Part shown: one piece after another, positions 54,809-63,460 of the stretch | Layout of the letters: each line of letters opens with the position of its first letter | Position numbering within the stretch: the first letter of the stretch is position 1 | Assembly: GCA_964512285.1 (NCBI GenBank) | Contig: CAZEJO010000001.1 | Location: forward strand, 45,784 to 109,243 | Reading direction: 5' to 3' | DNA length: 63,460 nucleotides | From: an uncultured Dehalococcoidia bacterium | GTDB taxonomy: Bacteria; Chloroflexota; Dehalococcoidia; SM23-28-2 | Notes under the pieces: generated by a model | The model's database searches: none | What the model was told of the DNA's origin: nothing | What the model saw: only the letters and a program-made list of their open reading frames with translations | Program-made: the position numbers and the translations under genes

Positions 54809-56191
54809 CTAGGTGTAGCGCCTCACGGTGAAGCGAAAGAGCTCGGGCGACTCTTCGGGGGCGATGCCCGCCTTGGACTTGGCGATGGCTATCTGCTCCT
54901 CCACTGTGTCCACGCCCTCGAGGTCGGGCAGGAGGAGGCCGCGGCGAGGGCCGAGGCGGACGACGATGCCGTAGCGCTTGGGGTCGAGCTCCTCGGGGCC
55001 GGACACCGGCTCGGCGGGGGAGAGGACGTCGATGCTGTAGGACAGGTCAGCGAGCTCGTCGGGGGTCACCTCCAGAAAGCGCGGGTCGCGGGTGGCCGAG
55101 TCGATGGCGTTGCGCACTACCTCGAGGGCGAGGTTGGCCTGGGTCGGCTCGAGGGTGCCGATGCAGCCGCGCAGCTCGCCTCTCTTCTTGATGGAGACGA
55201 AGGCGCCGGCCTGCTTCAGCATCTCTTCCGAAAGCTCTTTCGGCTCGATGATGCGGCCGTCGCCGACGAAGGTCTCCACCGCCTCTTTGGCCAGGCGGAC
55301 CAATGGGTGGCTGTTGGCCTCGGCGCCGGCGGTTGATAAGGCCTCCAGGCCCTCTGTGGGGCCTTCGATATCGATGGCTGCCACCAGATAGCCCACGCCG
55401 AAGGGCCCTTCGTAGGAGAGGACGCGGGGGTTGGTCTTCAGGCCGTCCAGGGCACCCATGAGGAAGCTCAGCGATGGCACTGCGTCCTCGGCTGCCTGCT
55501 GGCGGAAGGCGGGCTCCATCTCCAGGACGGTCTTGACGTCCCACTCTGCGATTGCCTTCTGGATCGTCTCGTCGAACAGGGGGCCCGCGGGGCCGTGGGC
55601 GAGGCTGTGGGAGAGGTCAGCGCTGGCAATGATGACTACTCGCTTCCCCAGGCGCTCGGTTGCCTGGGCGACGGCCTGCCCCAGGGCGAAGTGCTGGTGC
55701 GGCGAGAGGTAGGATACGCATAGGGGCAGGAGCTTGGCTTTTCCTAGGCCGGGCCGCAGGTGGTAGAGGGGAACGGTGCAGCCCCAGTCCAGGTCGTCCC
55801 ACCAGTTGCCGTTGGAATCGCGGTAGCGCCAGCGCTCCAGGGGCTCGAGGGGCACGCCGGCCTGCTGGGCCTCCTCGCAGATAAGGGTGGCGGCCTCGAC
55901 GTCGTTCTCGAAGGCGAACGTCACCTGGGGAGCGTCCCAGGCGTCGAGGCTGGCGTCGGCGCGGGGGCCGGTCAGGATGGCGAAGGCGTTGAGCTGCACC
56001 GGCCCGTGGGGGCTGATGAGGATGGCCGTCTCCGGCTGGTGCTGGCCGATCTCCTGCGCCACCTGCTCCAGCGCGTCGATCGTCTTCTGGGTGCCGCTCT
56101 CGCGGCCGTGGCCGATCTCGTGGACGATGATCGGCGGGTGAGGAGAGACGCAGGCGAAAACTATCGATGTCATGATTTTCCTTTGCCCCAT
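54809..56191 (-). CDS. Fusion of a class-III extradiol-dioxygenase-like (LigB/Memo superfamily) domain and an AMMECR1 domain
   Basis: The start was set at ATG 56191 (alternative 56173). The longer ORF-track N-terminus is Arg/Pro-rich shadow. N-domain: [20 protein letters not shown]-domain: [28 protein letters not shown]. Confidence 0.75.
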   Translation of the reverse strand: MGQRKIMTSIVFACVSPHPPIIVHEIGHGRESGTQKTIDALEQVAQEIGQHQPETAILISPHGPVQLNAFAILTGPRADASLDAWDAPQVTFAFENDVEAATLICEEAQQAGVPLEPLERWRYRDSNGNWWDDLDWGCTVPLYHLRPGLGKAKLLPLCVSYLSPHQHFALGQAVAQATERLGKRVVIIASADLSHSLAHGPAGPLFDETIQKAIAEWDVKTVLEMEPAFRQQAAEDAVPSLSFLMGALDGLKTNPRVLSYEGPFGVGYLVAAIDIEGPTEGLEALSTAGAEANSHPLVRLAKEAVETFVGDGRIIEPKELSEEMLKQAGAFVSIKKRGELRGCIGTLEPTQANLALEVVRNAIDSATRDPRFLEVTPDELADLSYSIDVLSPAEPVSGPEELDPKRYGIVVRLGPRRGLLLPDLEGVDTVEEQIAIAKSKAGIAPEESPELFRFTVRRYT

Positions 56192-56244
56192 TATATCCCT
56201 CGTCAGGGAGGGGCCAAAACCCCTGTCCAGCCGGGGTGAGCGCC

Positions 56245-57612
56245 CTATCGTCCCAGGGCGGCCGCTACGGCCTCGATCAGAGTCGAGTCGTCCTCGGGAC
56301 GCACAGTACGGGGGTCGAGGAGGAGGAGGTCGTGCTCGATGCGGCCGATGACGGGCGGCTGGCCCAGGCGCAGACGCTGGGCGAACTCGGTCACGCTTCT
56401 GCCGGCGTGGGCAGGGATGGCCACGACTCTGGTGGGCAGACCCTCCTCCGGCAGGCTGCCGCCGCCGATCATCGAGCGGCCGTGCAGGATACGGGCGGGC
56501 GCACCGATGGCGCGCGCCCAACGGCGGGCCCTTCTCTGGATGGCTGTGAGGGGCATGGCGATCATCTGCCAGACGGGGATCTTCTCCAGCGCCTCGCCGC
56601 GCACGTAGTGGATAGCGGTGGCGGCGAGGGCGGCGACGGTGGCCTTGTCCAGGCGCAGCGCTCGCGTCAGGGGGTGGCGACGCAGGCGGTCCACGAGCTC
56701 CTCGCGGCCGACGATGACGCCGGCTTGGGGGCCGCCCAGGAGCTTGTCGCCGGAGAACAGCGTGAGGTCGGCGCCAGCGGCGACGCTCTCTTGAACTGTG
56801 GGCTCGGCGGCCAGGCCGAACTGGCTGGTATCGATCAGACAGCCGCTGCCCAGGTCGTCGAGGAGCAAGAGGTCGTGCTCGTGGGCGAGGCGCACGAGGT
56901 CTTCGAGGGGAGGCGACTCCACAAAGCCGATGATGCGGAAGTTGCTGGCGTGCACGCGCATGATGGCGGCTGTGTCATCGGTGATGGCCTGCTGATAGTC
57001 GCTGAGGTAGGTGCGATTGGTGGTTCCCACCTCCACCAGGTGGGCACCGCTCTGGTGCATCACCTCGGGGATGCGGAAGCCGCCGCCGATCTCCACCGCC
57101 TGGCCGCGGGAGATGATCACCTCTCGCTCCTTGGTGAGGGCGGTGAGGGCGAGAAGGACGGCGCCGGCGTTGTTGTTGACCGCCACGGCTGCCTGAGCGC
57201 CGCTGAGCTGGCGCAGGATGGGCTCCAGGTGCACCAGACGATGGCCTCGCTCGCCCTCCGTCAGGTCGAACTCCAGGTTGCTGTAGCCCTGCGATACAGC
57301 CTCCATGGCAGCGATGGCCTGCTGCGGCAGGGGGGCGCGTCCCAGGTTGGTGTGAATGATGACGCCGGTGGCGTTGATCACCGGTCGCAGGGTGGATTGG
57401 AGGAGAAGCTCGGCACGGGCTAAGACCGACTCCAGCAGCGCCTCGGTCGGCGGACATTCGTGGCCGGCGGCGATGGCACGGCGGGCCTCTTGCAGTTGCT
57501 GGCGGATGAGCTCGGCCACGGTGTCGCTGGCCATCCGCGAGGCGAGAGGGCGGATGCGCCTGTGGGCGAGCAGGCGGCTGACGCTAGGCAGGCTGCGGAA
57601 AGGACTAGTCAC
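56245..57612 (-). CDS. selA: L-seryl-tRNA(Sec) selenium transferase
   Basis: 455 aa with a GTG start. LPSVSRLL.., [34 protein letters not shown] (PLP Lys region). Confidence 0.9.
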   Translation of the reverse strand: MTSPFRSLPSVSRLLAHRRIRPLASRMASDTVAELIRQQLQEARRAIAAGHECPPTEALLESVLARAELLLQSTLRPVINATGVIIHTNLGRAPLPQQAIAAMEAVSQGYSNLEFDLTEGERGHRLVHLEPILRQLSGAQAAVAVNNNAGAVLLALTALTKEREVIISRGQAVEIGGGFRIPEVMHQSGAHLVEVGTTNRTYLSDYQQAITDDTAAIMRVHASNFRIIGFVESPPLEDLVRLAHEHDLLLLDDLGSGCLIDTSQFGLAAEPTVQESVAAGADLTLFSGDKLLGGPQAGVIVGREELVDRLRRHPLTRALRLDKATVAALAATAIHYVRGEALEKIPVWQMIAMPLTAIQRRARRWARAIGAPARILHGRSMIGGGSLPEEGLPTRVVAIPAHAGRSVTEFAQRLRLGQPPVIGRIEHDLLLLDPRTVRPEDDSTLIEAVAAALGR

Positions 57613-57670
57613 GGCAACCTCGAATAGAATCCGGAAGGTGCTCCCATTCTATCATATCGTGTGATTTCTC

Positions 57671-57699
57671 TTGACCGTTGTGTACTGCTCACCTATCAT
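57671..57699 (+). promoter_or_regulatory. Candidate sigma-70 promoter (TTGACC-N17-TATCAT) for the aminotransferase-serA pair
   Basis: Hexamers at 57671-76 and 57694-99, about 50 nt upstream of ATG 57749. Confidence 0.35.
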
Positions 57700-57748
57700 G
57701 GGCTCAAAGCTAGAATTGAAGGTTCGAAGTTAGATTTGGAGGTCTCTG

Positions 57749-58855
57749 ATGAACCTACGTATTCCTGGTCCTACGCCTGTTCCACCCGAGGTACTGGAGG
57801 CGGGCGCTCGTCCCATGATCAACCATCGTGGGCGGGAGTTCGCCGGTATTCTCGACCGGGTGACCAATCGTCTCAAGGAGTTCTTCCTGACCAAGAACGA
57901 CCTGTTCATCCTCACCACCTCTGGCACTGGCGCTCTGGAGGCGGCGATCGTTAACACGCTCTCCCCAGGGGATCGCGTGCTGGCGATCTCGATCGGTGCT
58001 TTCGGCGACCGCTTTGCGAAGATTGCCAAGATCTACGGTGCCGATGTGGTCCCTCTCGATTACGAGTGGGGCAAGGCCGCTGACCCCGAGGACGTACGGC
58101 GCGCTCTGTCCAGCGACCCCGCCATCAAGGCGGTGCTGGTGACGCACAACGAGACATCGACTGGCGTCACCAACCCGCTGGCGGAGATCGCGGGCGTGGT
58201 GCGGGAGTTCGATAAGCTGGTGCTGGTGGATGCCGTGAGCAGCCTGAGCGCGATTCCGGTGCGCACGGACGAGTGGGGATTGGACTTTGTCGTCACCGGC
58301 TCTCAGAAGGGCTGGATGGTGCCGCCTGCGCTGGCACCGGTCGCGGTGAGCGATCGTGCCTGGGAGGCGAACGCCAAGGCCACGATGCCCCGCTTCTACT
58401 TCGACGTTGGTATGGCCAAGGACTACCTTAGCCGCGGCCAGACGCCCTGGACGCCGGCCGTCTCTGTGTTCTACGGCCTCGAGTTGGCCCTGGAGATGAT
58501 GGCGAAGGAAGGTTTGGAGAACATCTTCGCTAGGCATCACCGCATAGCCCAGATCGTGCGGGACGGCGTGAAGGCGCTGGGGTTGGAGATGTTCGCCGAT
58601 GAGCGCTTTGCCTCCGACACGATATCCGCCATCAAGGTGCCCGAGGGCGTGGACGGGAAGGCCCTTCAGAAGCTCTGCGAGGACGAGTACGACCTGATAA
58701 TCGCTGGCGGGCAGGCCAAACTGGCCGGCAAGATTATCCGCATCGGCCACCTGGGGTTCGTGTCGGAGGAGGACGTACGGTCGGCTCTGGACGTGTTGGC
58801 GAAGGCCCTACCGCGACTGGGATTCGCCGTTCCGGCCGGTGGCTCGAGAGGGTAG
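57749..58855 (+). CDS. Class-V aminotransferase (AGXT/SgaA family; probably serves as phosphoserine aminotransferase)
   Basis: 368 aa class-V fold (NLRIPGPTPVPPEV.., TGSQKGWMVPP PLP-Lys region). Immediately upstream of serA. Confidence 0.8.
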   Translation: MNLRIPGPTPVPPEVLEAGARPMINHRGREFAGILDRVTNRLKEFFLTKNDLFILTTSGTGALEAAIVNTLSPGDRVLAISIGAFGDRFAKIAKIYGADVVPLDYEWGKAADPEDVRRALSSDPAIKAVLVTHNETSTGVTNPLAEIAGVVREFDKLVLVDAVSSLSAIPVRTDEWGLDFVVTGSQKGWMVPPALAPVAVSDRAWEANAKATMPRFYFDVGMAKDYLSRGQTPWTPAVSVFYGLELALEMMAKEGLENIFARHHRIAQIVRDGVKALGLEMFADERFASDTISAIKVPEGVDGKALQKLCEDEYDLIIAGGQAKLAGKIIRIGHLGFVSEEDVRSALDVLAKALPRLGFAVPAGGSRG

Positions 58856-58862
58856 ACGCTTG

Positions 58863-60446
58863 GTGGCCGCAAAGGTTCTGGTCTGTGACCCGATAGCTGA
58901 GGACGGCGTCAAGACGCTGGAGGAGTCCGGCGCGCAGGTGGACGTGCGTCTCGGTATGTCGCCCGAGGAACTGATCTCTGCCATCGGCGAGTACGATGCC
59001 GTCGTTGTCCGCAGCGAGACGAAGATACCAGCGGATGCTATCGCAGCGGCCAAGAAGCTTCAGATCATCGGGCGGGCCGGGATCGGCGTGGACAACATCG
59101 ATGTGGATGCCGCCACGCAGCGGGGCGTCCTGGTGGTTAACGCTCCCACCGGCAACATCATCTCGGCGGTTGAGCATACGATCGCCCTGATGCTGGCTCT
59201 GGCGCGCAACATCCCCCAGGCCAACGCCACTCTCAGGGGTGGCAAGTGGGATCGCAAGCGCTTCATGGGGGTAGAGCTGCGAGGCAAGACGCTGGGGATC
59301 ATTGGTGTCGGTCAGGTAGGCTCGGAGGTAGCGCGGCGAGCGCGGGGGTTGGAGATGCAGGTCGTGGGCCATGACCCCTTCCTGTCGGAAGAGCGGGCGC
59401 GCGTTCTGGGAGTGAAGATGGTCTCGCTGGAGGATCTGCTTCGCGAATCGGACTTCGTTGGCGTTCACACAACCCTCAGCGAGGGGACGCGGGGCCTCAT
59501 TGGTGCCGAGCAGTTGGCCATGATGAAGCCCAGCGCGCGCATCATCAACACCGCCCGCGGCGGCATCATCGATGAAGAGGCGCTCTACGAGGCGGTTGAA
59601 GAGGGCCGCATCGCTGGGGCGGCGGTCGATGTTTTCAGCAAAGAGCCAGCGGTGGGCAACAAGCTCACGGAGAGCGATCGCATCGTGGTGACCCCGCACC
59701 TGGGGGCATCTACCGCTGAGGCCCAGGAGCGGGTGGCTGTGGATGTGGCAAAGGAGATCATCGCCCACCTCAAGGGCGAGCCCGTGCGCTACGCTGTCAA
59801 TGCTCCTCTCATCCCGCCGGAGACGCTCTCGTTCCTGGCGCCGTATACCGACGTGGCGGTGAAGACAGGGCTGCTTGCCCAGCAGTTGTGCGAAGGGCAA
59901 CTAAAGGACGTTCAGATAGAGTACGCGGGGGAGATCGGCCAGCACGACGTGACGCTCCTGAAGGTGGCGGTTATCCGGGGATTGCTGTCGTCCATCAGCG
60001 AGGAACCGGTGAATATCGTCAACGCCGAGCTCGTCGCTCAGAGGCGAGGCTTGAGCATCGTCGAGCGTAAGGGCCCCTCGCACGAGATGTACAGCAACCT
60101 GGTGAGCGTGCGGGTCACTACCAGCGCCGGCGAGACTACCGTCTCGACCACGCTGGCGCACGACGGCGCGCACGTCGTCCTGGTGAATGACTACTGGGTG
60201 GACATACCGCCGAGCGAGGGCTATCTGCTGGTCTGCGAGAACCAGGACCAGCCGGGGATGATCGGTGCTTTAGGTACGCTGCTGGGCGACTTCAATGTGA
60301 ACGTCAGCTTCATGAACGTGGGCCGCCACGAGCGGCGTGGCTCGGCGCTCATGGTGTTGGCGCTGGACGAGGCGCTGACGGGCGAGCAGATCAAGAAGGT
60401 TCAGGAGATATCCGGTGTCTTCTCGGCGCGGCTGGTGCGGCTGTAG
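58863..60446 (+). CDS. serA: D-3-phosphoglycerate dehydrogenase (long form with ASB and ACT domains)
   Basis: KVLVCDPIAEDGV.., GIIGVGQVGSEVA, C-terminal ACT (GYLLVCENQDQPGMIG). The start is ambiguous (TTG 58860 or GTG 58863). Confidence 0.9.
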   Translation: MAAKVLVCDPIAEDGVKTLEESGAQVDVRLGMSPEELISAIGEYDAVVVRSETKIPADAIAAAKKLQIIGRAGIGVDNIDVDAATQRGVLVVNAPTGNIISAVEHTIALMLALARNIPQANATLRGGKWDRKRFMGVELRGKTLGIIGVGQVGSEVARRARGLEMQVVGHDPFLSEERARVLGVKMVSLEDLLRESDFVGVHTTLSEGTRGLIGAEQLAMMKPSARIINTARGGIIDEEALYEAVEEGRIAGAAVDVFSKEPAVGNKLTESDRIVVTPHLGASTAEAQERVAVDVAKEIIAHLKGEPVRYAVNAPLIPPETLSFLAPYTDVAVKTGLLAQQLCEGQLKDVQIEYAGEIGQHDVTLLKVAVIRGLLSSISEEPVNIVNAELVAQRRGLSIVERKGPSHEMYSNLVSVRVTTSAGETTVSTTLAHDGAHVVLVNDYWVDIPPSEGYLLVCENQDQPGMIGALGTLLGDFNVNVSFMNVGRHERRGSALMVLALDEALTGEQIKKVQEISGVFSARLVRL

Positions 60447-61772
60447 CTAGTCGTCCAGGCGGTTGATGACCAGGCCTGTGGCCAGCTTGGGGTAGAAGAA
60501 GGTTGTCTTGGGCGGCATGCGCTGGCCAGCGTCGGCGACGGTCAGCATCCTGTCGACGGGTACAGGGTTGAGGAGGAAGGCAGCGGAGTAGCGGCCCGCC
60601 TGTACCTCTTGCCAGGCTTTGTCGGCGTCCGGCGTTATGGCGACGGAGCCTCCTTCCTCGATGCGTTTGGGTTCTACCCCGAGGCTCGTTCTCAGGAGAG
60701 CGAATTCAAGGACGGCGACGTCCAGGGTGCGCCACTGGCTGGGGCATTCGGGGCAGGAGCGGGCAACCAGACCATCGGAGTCTTCTGTGGTCAGCAGGAA
60801 GAGCCGCTCGTCTGGCCAGCACAGGCCGATGGCGCTCGCTGACTTGCCACGCTCGGCCATCAGCTCCAGCAGTCGATGTGGCGCGGGCTCGTCGTGGCCC
60901 TGCGTGGGCGTTACCTCCTCCACCGTCAGGTATTGCCGCAGACGTTCCAATACGCTGTCGTCAACCTGAGGCAACTGCACCAGGCGGTGGATGGGCAGGA
61001 TCAGCAGGCCCGGGTCCTCGGCGGCGGTGAGGCCGGCTAGGAAGAAGTTCTCCGCCTCGTGGCCCGTCCAGGAGGGGGCGGCCGCCCGCCGCTCGTCGCG
61101 ATAGGCCAGGGCCGTCTCGTAGCGGTGGTGGCCATCGGCGATGTAGAGGGTAGCGGGCGCAAGCTGTTGTTCCAGCCATCGCTGCAGTTTCTCTTCGCTG
61201 AGCGGCCAGAGGGTGTGCCTTTCATTGGTGGCCTCGGCGACCGCCGCGGGGCTTCGGCCGCTTGTGGCGTTCTGCAAGGCGCTGCTGATGGCCCCCTGCG
61301 GATCGCGGTAGAGGGCGAAGATGGGGCTGGTGTTGGCACGACAAGCCCTCAGGAGGCGGAGGCGGTCCTCCTTGGGGCGAGACATAGTGTGCTCGTGGGG
61401 GCGGATGGTTCCCTTGGCCCAGTCCTCCAGGCCAACTCGCGTGAGCAGGGTGCGGCGGCGATAGCGCGCTCCGGCGTGCTCGAACTCCTGGTCGTAGACG
61501 TAGAATGCCGGTCTGTCATCCTGCACGAGGACGCCGGAGTCTAACCACTGGGCCAGGGTAACCGCGGCCCGCGTGTAGGAGTTGTTCTGCTCGCTGTCGT
61601 CGGCATGGGCTTCGCCGTACTCGATGCGTACGATGTTATGCGGGCTCCTGGCGTGGAGGGCTCGCTGCTCAGCAGGGGAGATGATATCGTAGGGGGGCGC
61701 GATCACTCTGGCCAGGTCATCGACCTGGCCAGGGTTGTAACGAAGGCCGCGAAATGGGCGTATCTCTGTCAA
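60447..61772 (-). CDS. DUF1015 family protein
   Basis: The start was set at TTG 61772, preceded by AGGAG (..TEIRPFRGLRYNPG.. is the typical DUF1015 N-terminus). The ORF-track extension is Arg-rich shadow. Confidence 0.8.
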   Translation of the reverse strand: MTEIRPFRGLRYNPGQVDDLARVIAPPYDIISPAEQRALHARSPHNIVRIEYGEAHADDSEQNNSYTRAAVTLAQWLDSGVLVQDDRPAFYVYDQEFEHAGARYRRRTLLTRVGLEDWAKGTIRPHEHTMSRPKEDRLRLLRACRANTSPIFALYRDPQGAISSALQNATSGRSPAAVAEATNERHTLWPLSEEKLQRWLEQQLAPATLYIADGHHRYETALAYRDERRAAAPSWTGHEAENFFLAGLTAAEDPGLLILPIHRLVQLPQVDDSVLERLRQYLTVEEVTPTQGHDEPAPHRLLELMAERGKSASAIGLCWPDERLFLLTTEDSDGLVARSCPECPSQWRTLDVAVLEFALLRTSLGVEPKRIEEGGSVAITPDADKAWQEVQAGRYSAAFLLNPVPVDRMLTVADAGQRMPPKTTFFYPKLATGLVINRLDD

Positions 61773-61953
61773 GGGAACTCCTGGGCAGATGATAGCGTAA
61801 TCCCTGGGCTTGGGTAAAGGGTCGACGGCCGTTGATCGTGCGAGTCTTGGGCCGCTAGAATGGCCCTGCCTCGGCCTGCGGCGGGCCAGCCTGGGGCTGA
61901 TGCCGACAGGCGGGCGCAAGACAGCAAGAGATGCTTCGATCAGGGGGCTCAGC

Positions 61954-62277
61954 GTGCGCTATCGGTGTACTTTCTGCCAAATCGCTTCCCACGAGGCGGA
62001 GGCGGAGATCCTGTACGAGGACGACGAGGTGATGGTGATTCGCAATCTCTTGCATTGGGCGCCGGTGATGCTCTTGGTCGTCCCCAAGCGGCACGTCACT
62101 CAAGAGGAGCTGTGGCGGAACATGGGCCGGGTAGGGGAGATCGCCGTGCGTATGGGGCAGGAGCACTGCCCGGGCGGCTTCCGCTTGGTCTCTAACTTCG
62201 GCGTCGACGCGATGCAGAGCCAGCAGCACGGCCACGTGCACATCCTGGGGGGCACGTTCCTGGGAGAGTACGGCTAG
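61954..62277 (+). CDS. HIT (histidine triad) family protein
   Basis: CTFCQIAS.. and the triad QQHGHVHILGG. GTG 61954 was chosen after AGGGGG (alternative ATG 61900). Confidence 0.8.
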   Translation: MRYRCTFCQIASHEAEAEILYEDDEVMVIRNLLHWAPVMLLVVPKRHVTQEELWRNMGRVGEIAVRMGQEHCPGGFRLVSNFGVDAMQSQQHGHVHILGGTFLGEYG

Positions 62278-63017
62278 GGATCGATTATATCGATCTCGGC
62301 CAGAGCGCTCTTCTGAGCCTCGAACAGGCGGCGGATGCCTGTCTCAGCCAGGTTCAGCAGCTCGTTCATGGCCTGGCGGCTGAAGGGATGACTCTCGCCT
62401 GTGCCCTGCACTTCCACCAATTCGCCGTCGGCGGTCATCACCGCGTTGAAGTCGACCTCCGCGCGGGCGTCCTCATCGTAGCAGAGGTCGAGCATCGGCA
62501 CGCCGTCGACCACGCCGGCGCTGGTTGCGGCTACGGGGCAGCGCAGGGGCATGGAAGCGATGTCTTCGCGCTGGAGCAGCAGCTCGCAGGCCTGGCGCAG
62601 GGCGACGTAGGCGCCGGTGATCGCAGCGGTGCGGGTGCCGCCGTCGGCCTGGATGACGTCGCAGTCGACTGTGAGGGTGCGCTCGCCGAGGAGGTCGAGC
62701 TTGGTGACGGCGCGCAGGGAGCGGCCGATGATCCGCTGGACCTCGTGGGTGCGGGCGCCGACACGGCCGAGGGCGGCCTCGCGGGGGCTGCGGGTATTGG
62801 TGGAGCGAGGGAGCATGCCGTACTCGGCGGTGACCCAGCCGGAGCCGGAGCCGCGGAGGAAGGGCGGGAGCCTGTTCTCGACGCTGACGGCGCAGAGGAC
62901 GATGGTCTGTCCCATCTCGATGAGGGCTGAGCCCTCGGCGTGGGCTAGGTAGTTGGGGGTGATGCGCACCTGGCGCATGTGGTCGGGCTGGCGGCCATCG
63001 GGGCGCAGGGATGTCAT
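62274..63017 (-). CDS. rph: Ribonuclease PH
   Basis: RPDGRQPDHMRQVRI..AEGSALIE.G.T.VLC..GWVTAEYGMLPRST. Confidence 0.95.
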   Translation of the reverse strand: MTSLRPDGRQPDHMRQVRITPNYLAHAEGSALIEMGQTIVLCAVSVENRLPPFLRGSGSGWVTAEYGMLPRSTNTRSPREAALGRVGARTHEVQRIIGRSLRAVTKLDLLGERTLTVDCDVIQADGGTRTAAITGAYVALRQACELLLQREDIASMPLRCPVAATSAGVVDGVPMLDLCYDEDARAEVDFNAVMTADGELVEVQGTGESHPFSRQAMNELLNLAETGIRRLFEAQKSALAEIDIIDP

Positions 63018-63138
63018 AGCGATATCACCAGGGGGAAGTATAGCACGAAGCGAGGCCCTGGAGGGTGGGGGTCACTACTTCTGCTGGGCGTGCAACGCCA
63101 GGCTCGCCGAAGCGTCTATTTCTTGTGAGAGAGAAACG

Positions 63139-63444
63139 ATGGGCAGGGTTCAACTGCTTGCGGTAGTTGTCTTAGCGCTGGCTCTTGCCGCCTGTGGCGA
63201 ACAGGCGGGCAGTCAGGAGGCGAGCACTCCGGACGCTTTCTCTTCTTCCGTCACGCCGATGACGCCAACTCAGGCATCGCAGGGTGACGGTGAATGCGAC
63301 CGCCGCTCCTATCCCGACGTTTGCATTCCACCATCCCCTCCGGACTTGGACTGTGGCGATATTATATACAGAAGATTCAAAGTCCTACCGCCCGACCCTC
63401 ACGGGTTCGACGGCGATAACGATGGGATCGGGTGCGAGAGTTAG
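63139..63444 (+). CDS. Small lipoprotein with a C-terminal Excalibur-like Ca-binding motif
   Basis: The start was set at ATG 63139. Lipobox LALAAC. The C-terminus is DGDNDGIGCES. Confidence 0.65.
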   Translation: MGRVQLLAVVVLALALAACGEQAGSQEASTPDAFSSSVTPMTPTQASQGDGECDRRSYPDVCIPPSPPDLDCGDIIYRRFKVLPPDPHGFDGDNDGIGCES

Positions 63445-63460
63445 AGAAGAGCGCGGGGCT

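Noticed and set aside
58734-59900. 388-aa minus-strand ORF opposite serA, and 331-aa ORF (57755..58750) opposite the aminotransferase
   Set aside because: They are antisense to clearly homologous metabolic genes, with shadow composition.

Overview
High-GC bacterial chromosomal window with about 55 supportable CDSs and one tRNA. I found no rRNA, CRISPR array, transposase or integrase. The gene content (acVLRF1 release-factor-like hydrolase, PAC2, F420 cofC/cofD, siroheme-dependent heme pathway, 'FDRLR'-type hairpin repeats) suggests a Chloroflexota- or Actinomycetota-like anaerobe or facultative organism. That placement is inference only.

Main blocks:
- 1-7.5 kb: a disrupted CHASE2 sensor, a nitroreductase, acetyl-CoA synthetase, a second acyl-CoA ligase, an acVLRF1 peptidyl-tRNA hydrolase homologue and a SecD-P1-like lipoprotein.
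- 7.5-17.8 kb: one minus-strand operon for the whole tetrapyrrole route from glutamyl-tRNA to heme b via siroheme (sirC-hemA-hemC-cobA/hemD-hemB-ahbD-ahbC-ahbAB::hemL), ending in a three-domain fusion.
- 18-23.8 kb: a radical SAM protein, an aldo-keto reductase translationally coupled to a ClC channel, GDPD and PAC2.
- 23.9-31.5 kb: a tungsten-type aldehyde:ferredoxin oxidoreductase flanked in mirror symmetry by four paralogous LivJ-type binding lipoproteins, with no transporter genes in the window.
- 31.6-42.4 kb: an HD-GYP protein, then an uncharacterised glycyl-radical-enzyme cluster (ACAD / yjbQ-GRE-ACAD-activase-PNPOx-like), then a sensor with a degenerate GGDEF domain. This cluster is my best candidate for a new system.
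- 42.6-46.5 kb: tRNA-Met followed by hairpin repeats, a NUDIX protein, a zinc-ribbon protein, and a lower-GC two-gene cassette bounded by direct repeats.
- 46.5-63.4 kb: rarA, an alpha/beta hydrolase, F420 genes, mutS2, a GIY-YIG gene embedded in a modular hairpin-repeat family, GNAT, a LigB::AMMECR1 fusion, selA, serine biosynthesis genes, DUF1015, HIT, rph and an Excalibur lipoprotein.

Many long ORFs in the track are antisense or alternate-frame shadows typical of high-GC DNA, and I rejected them.
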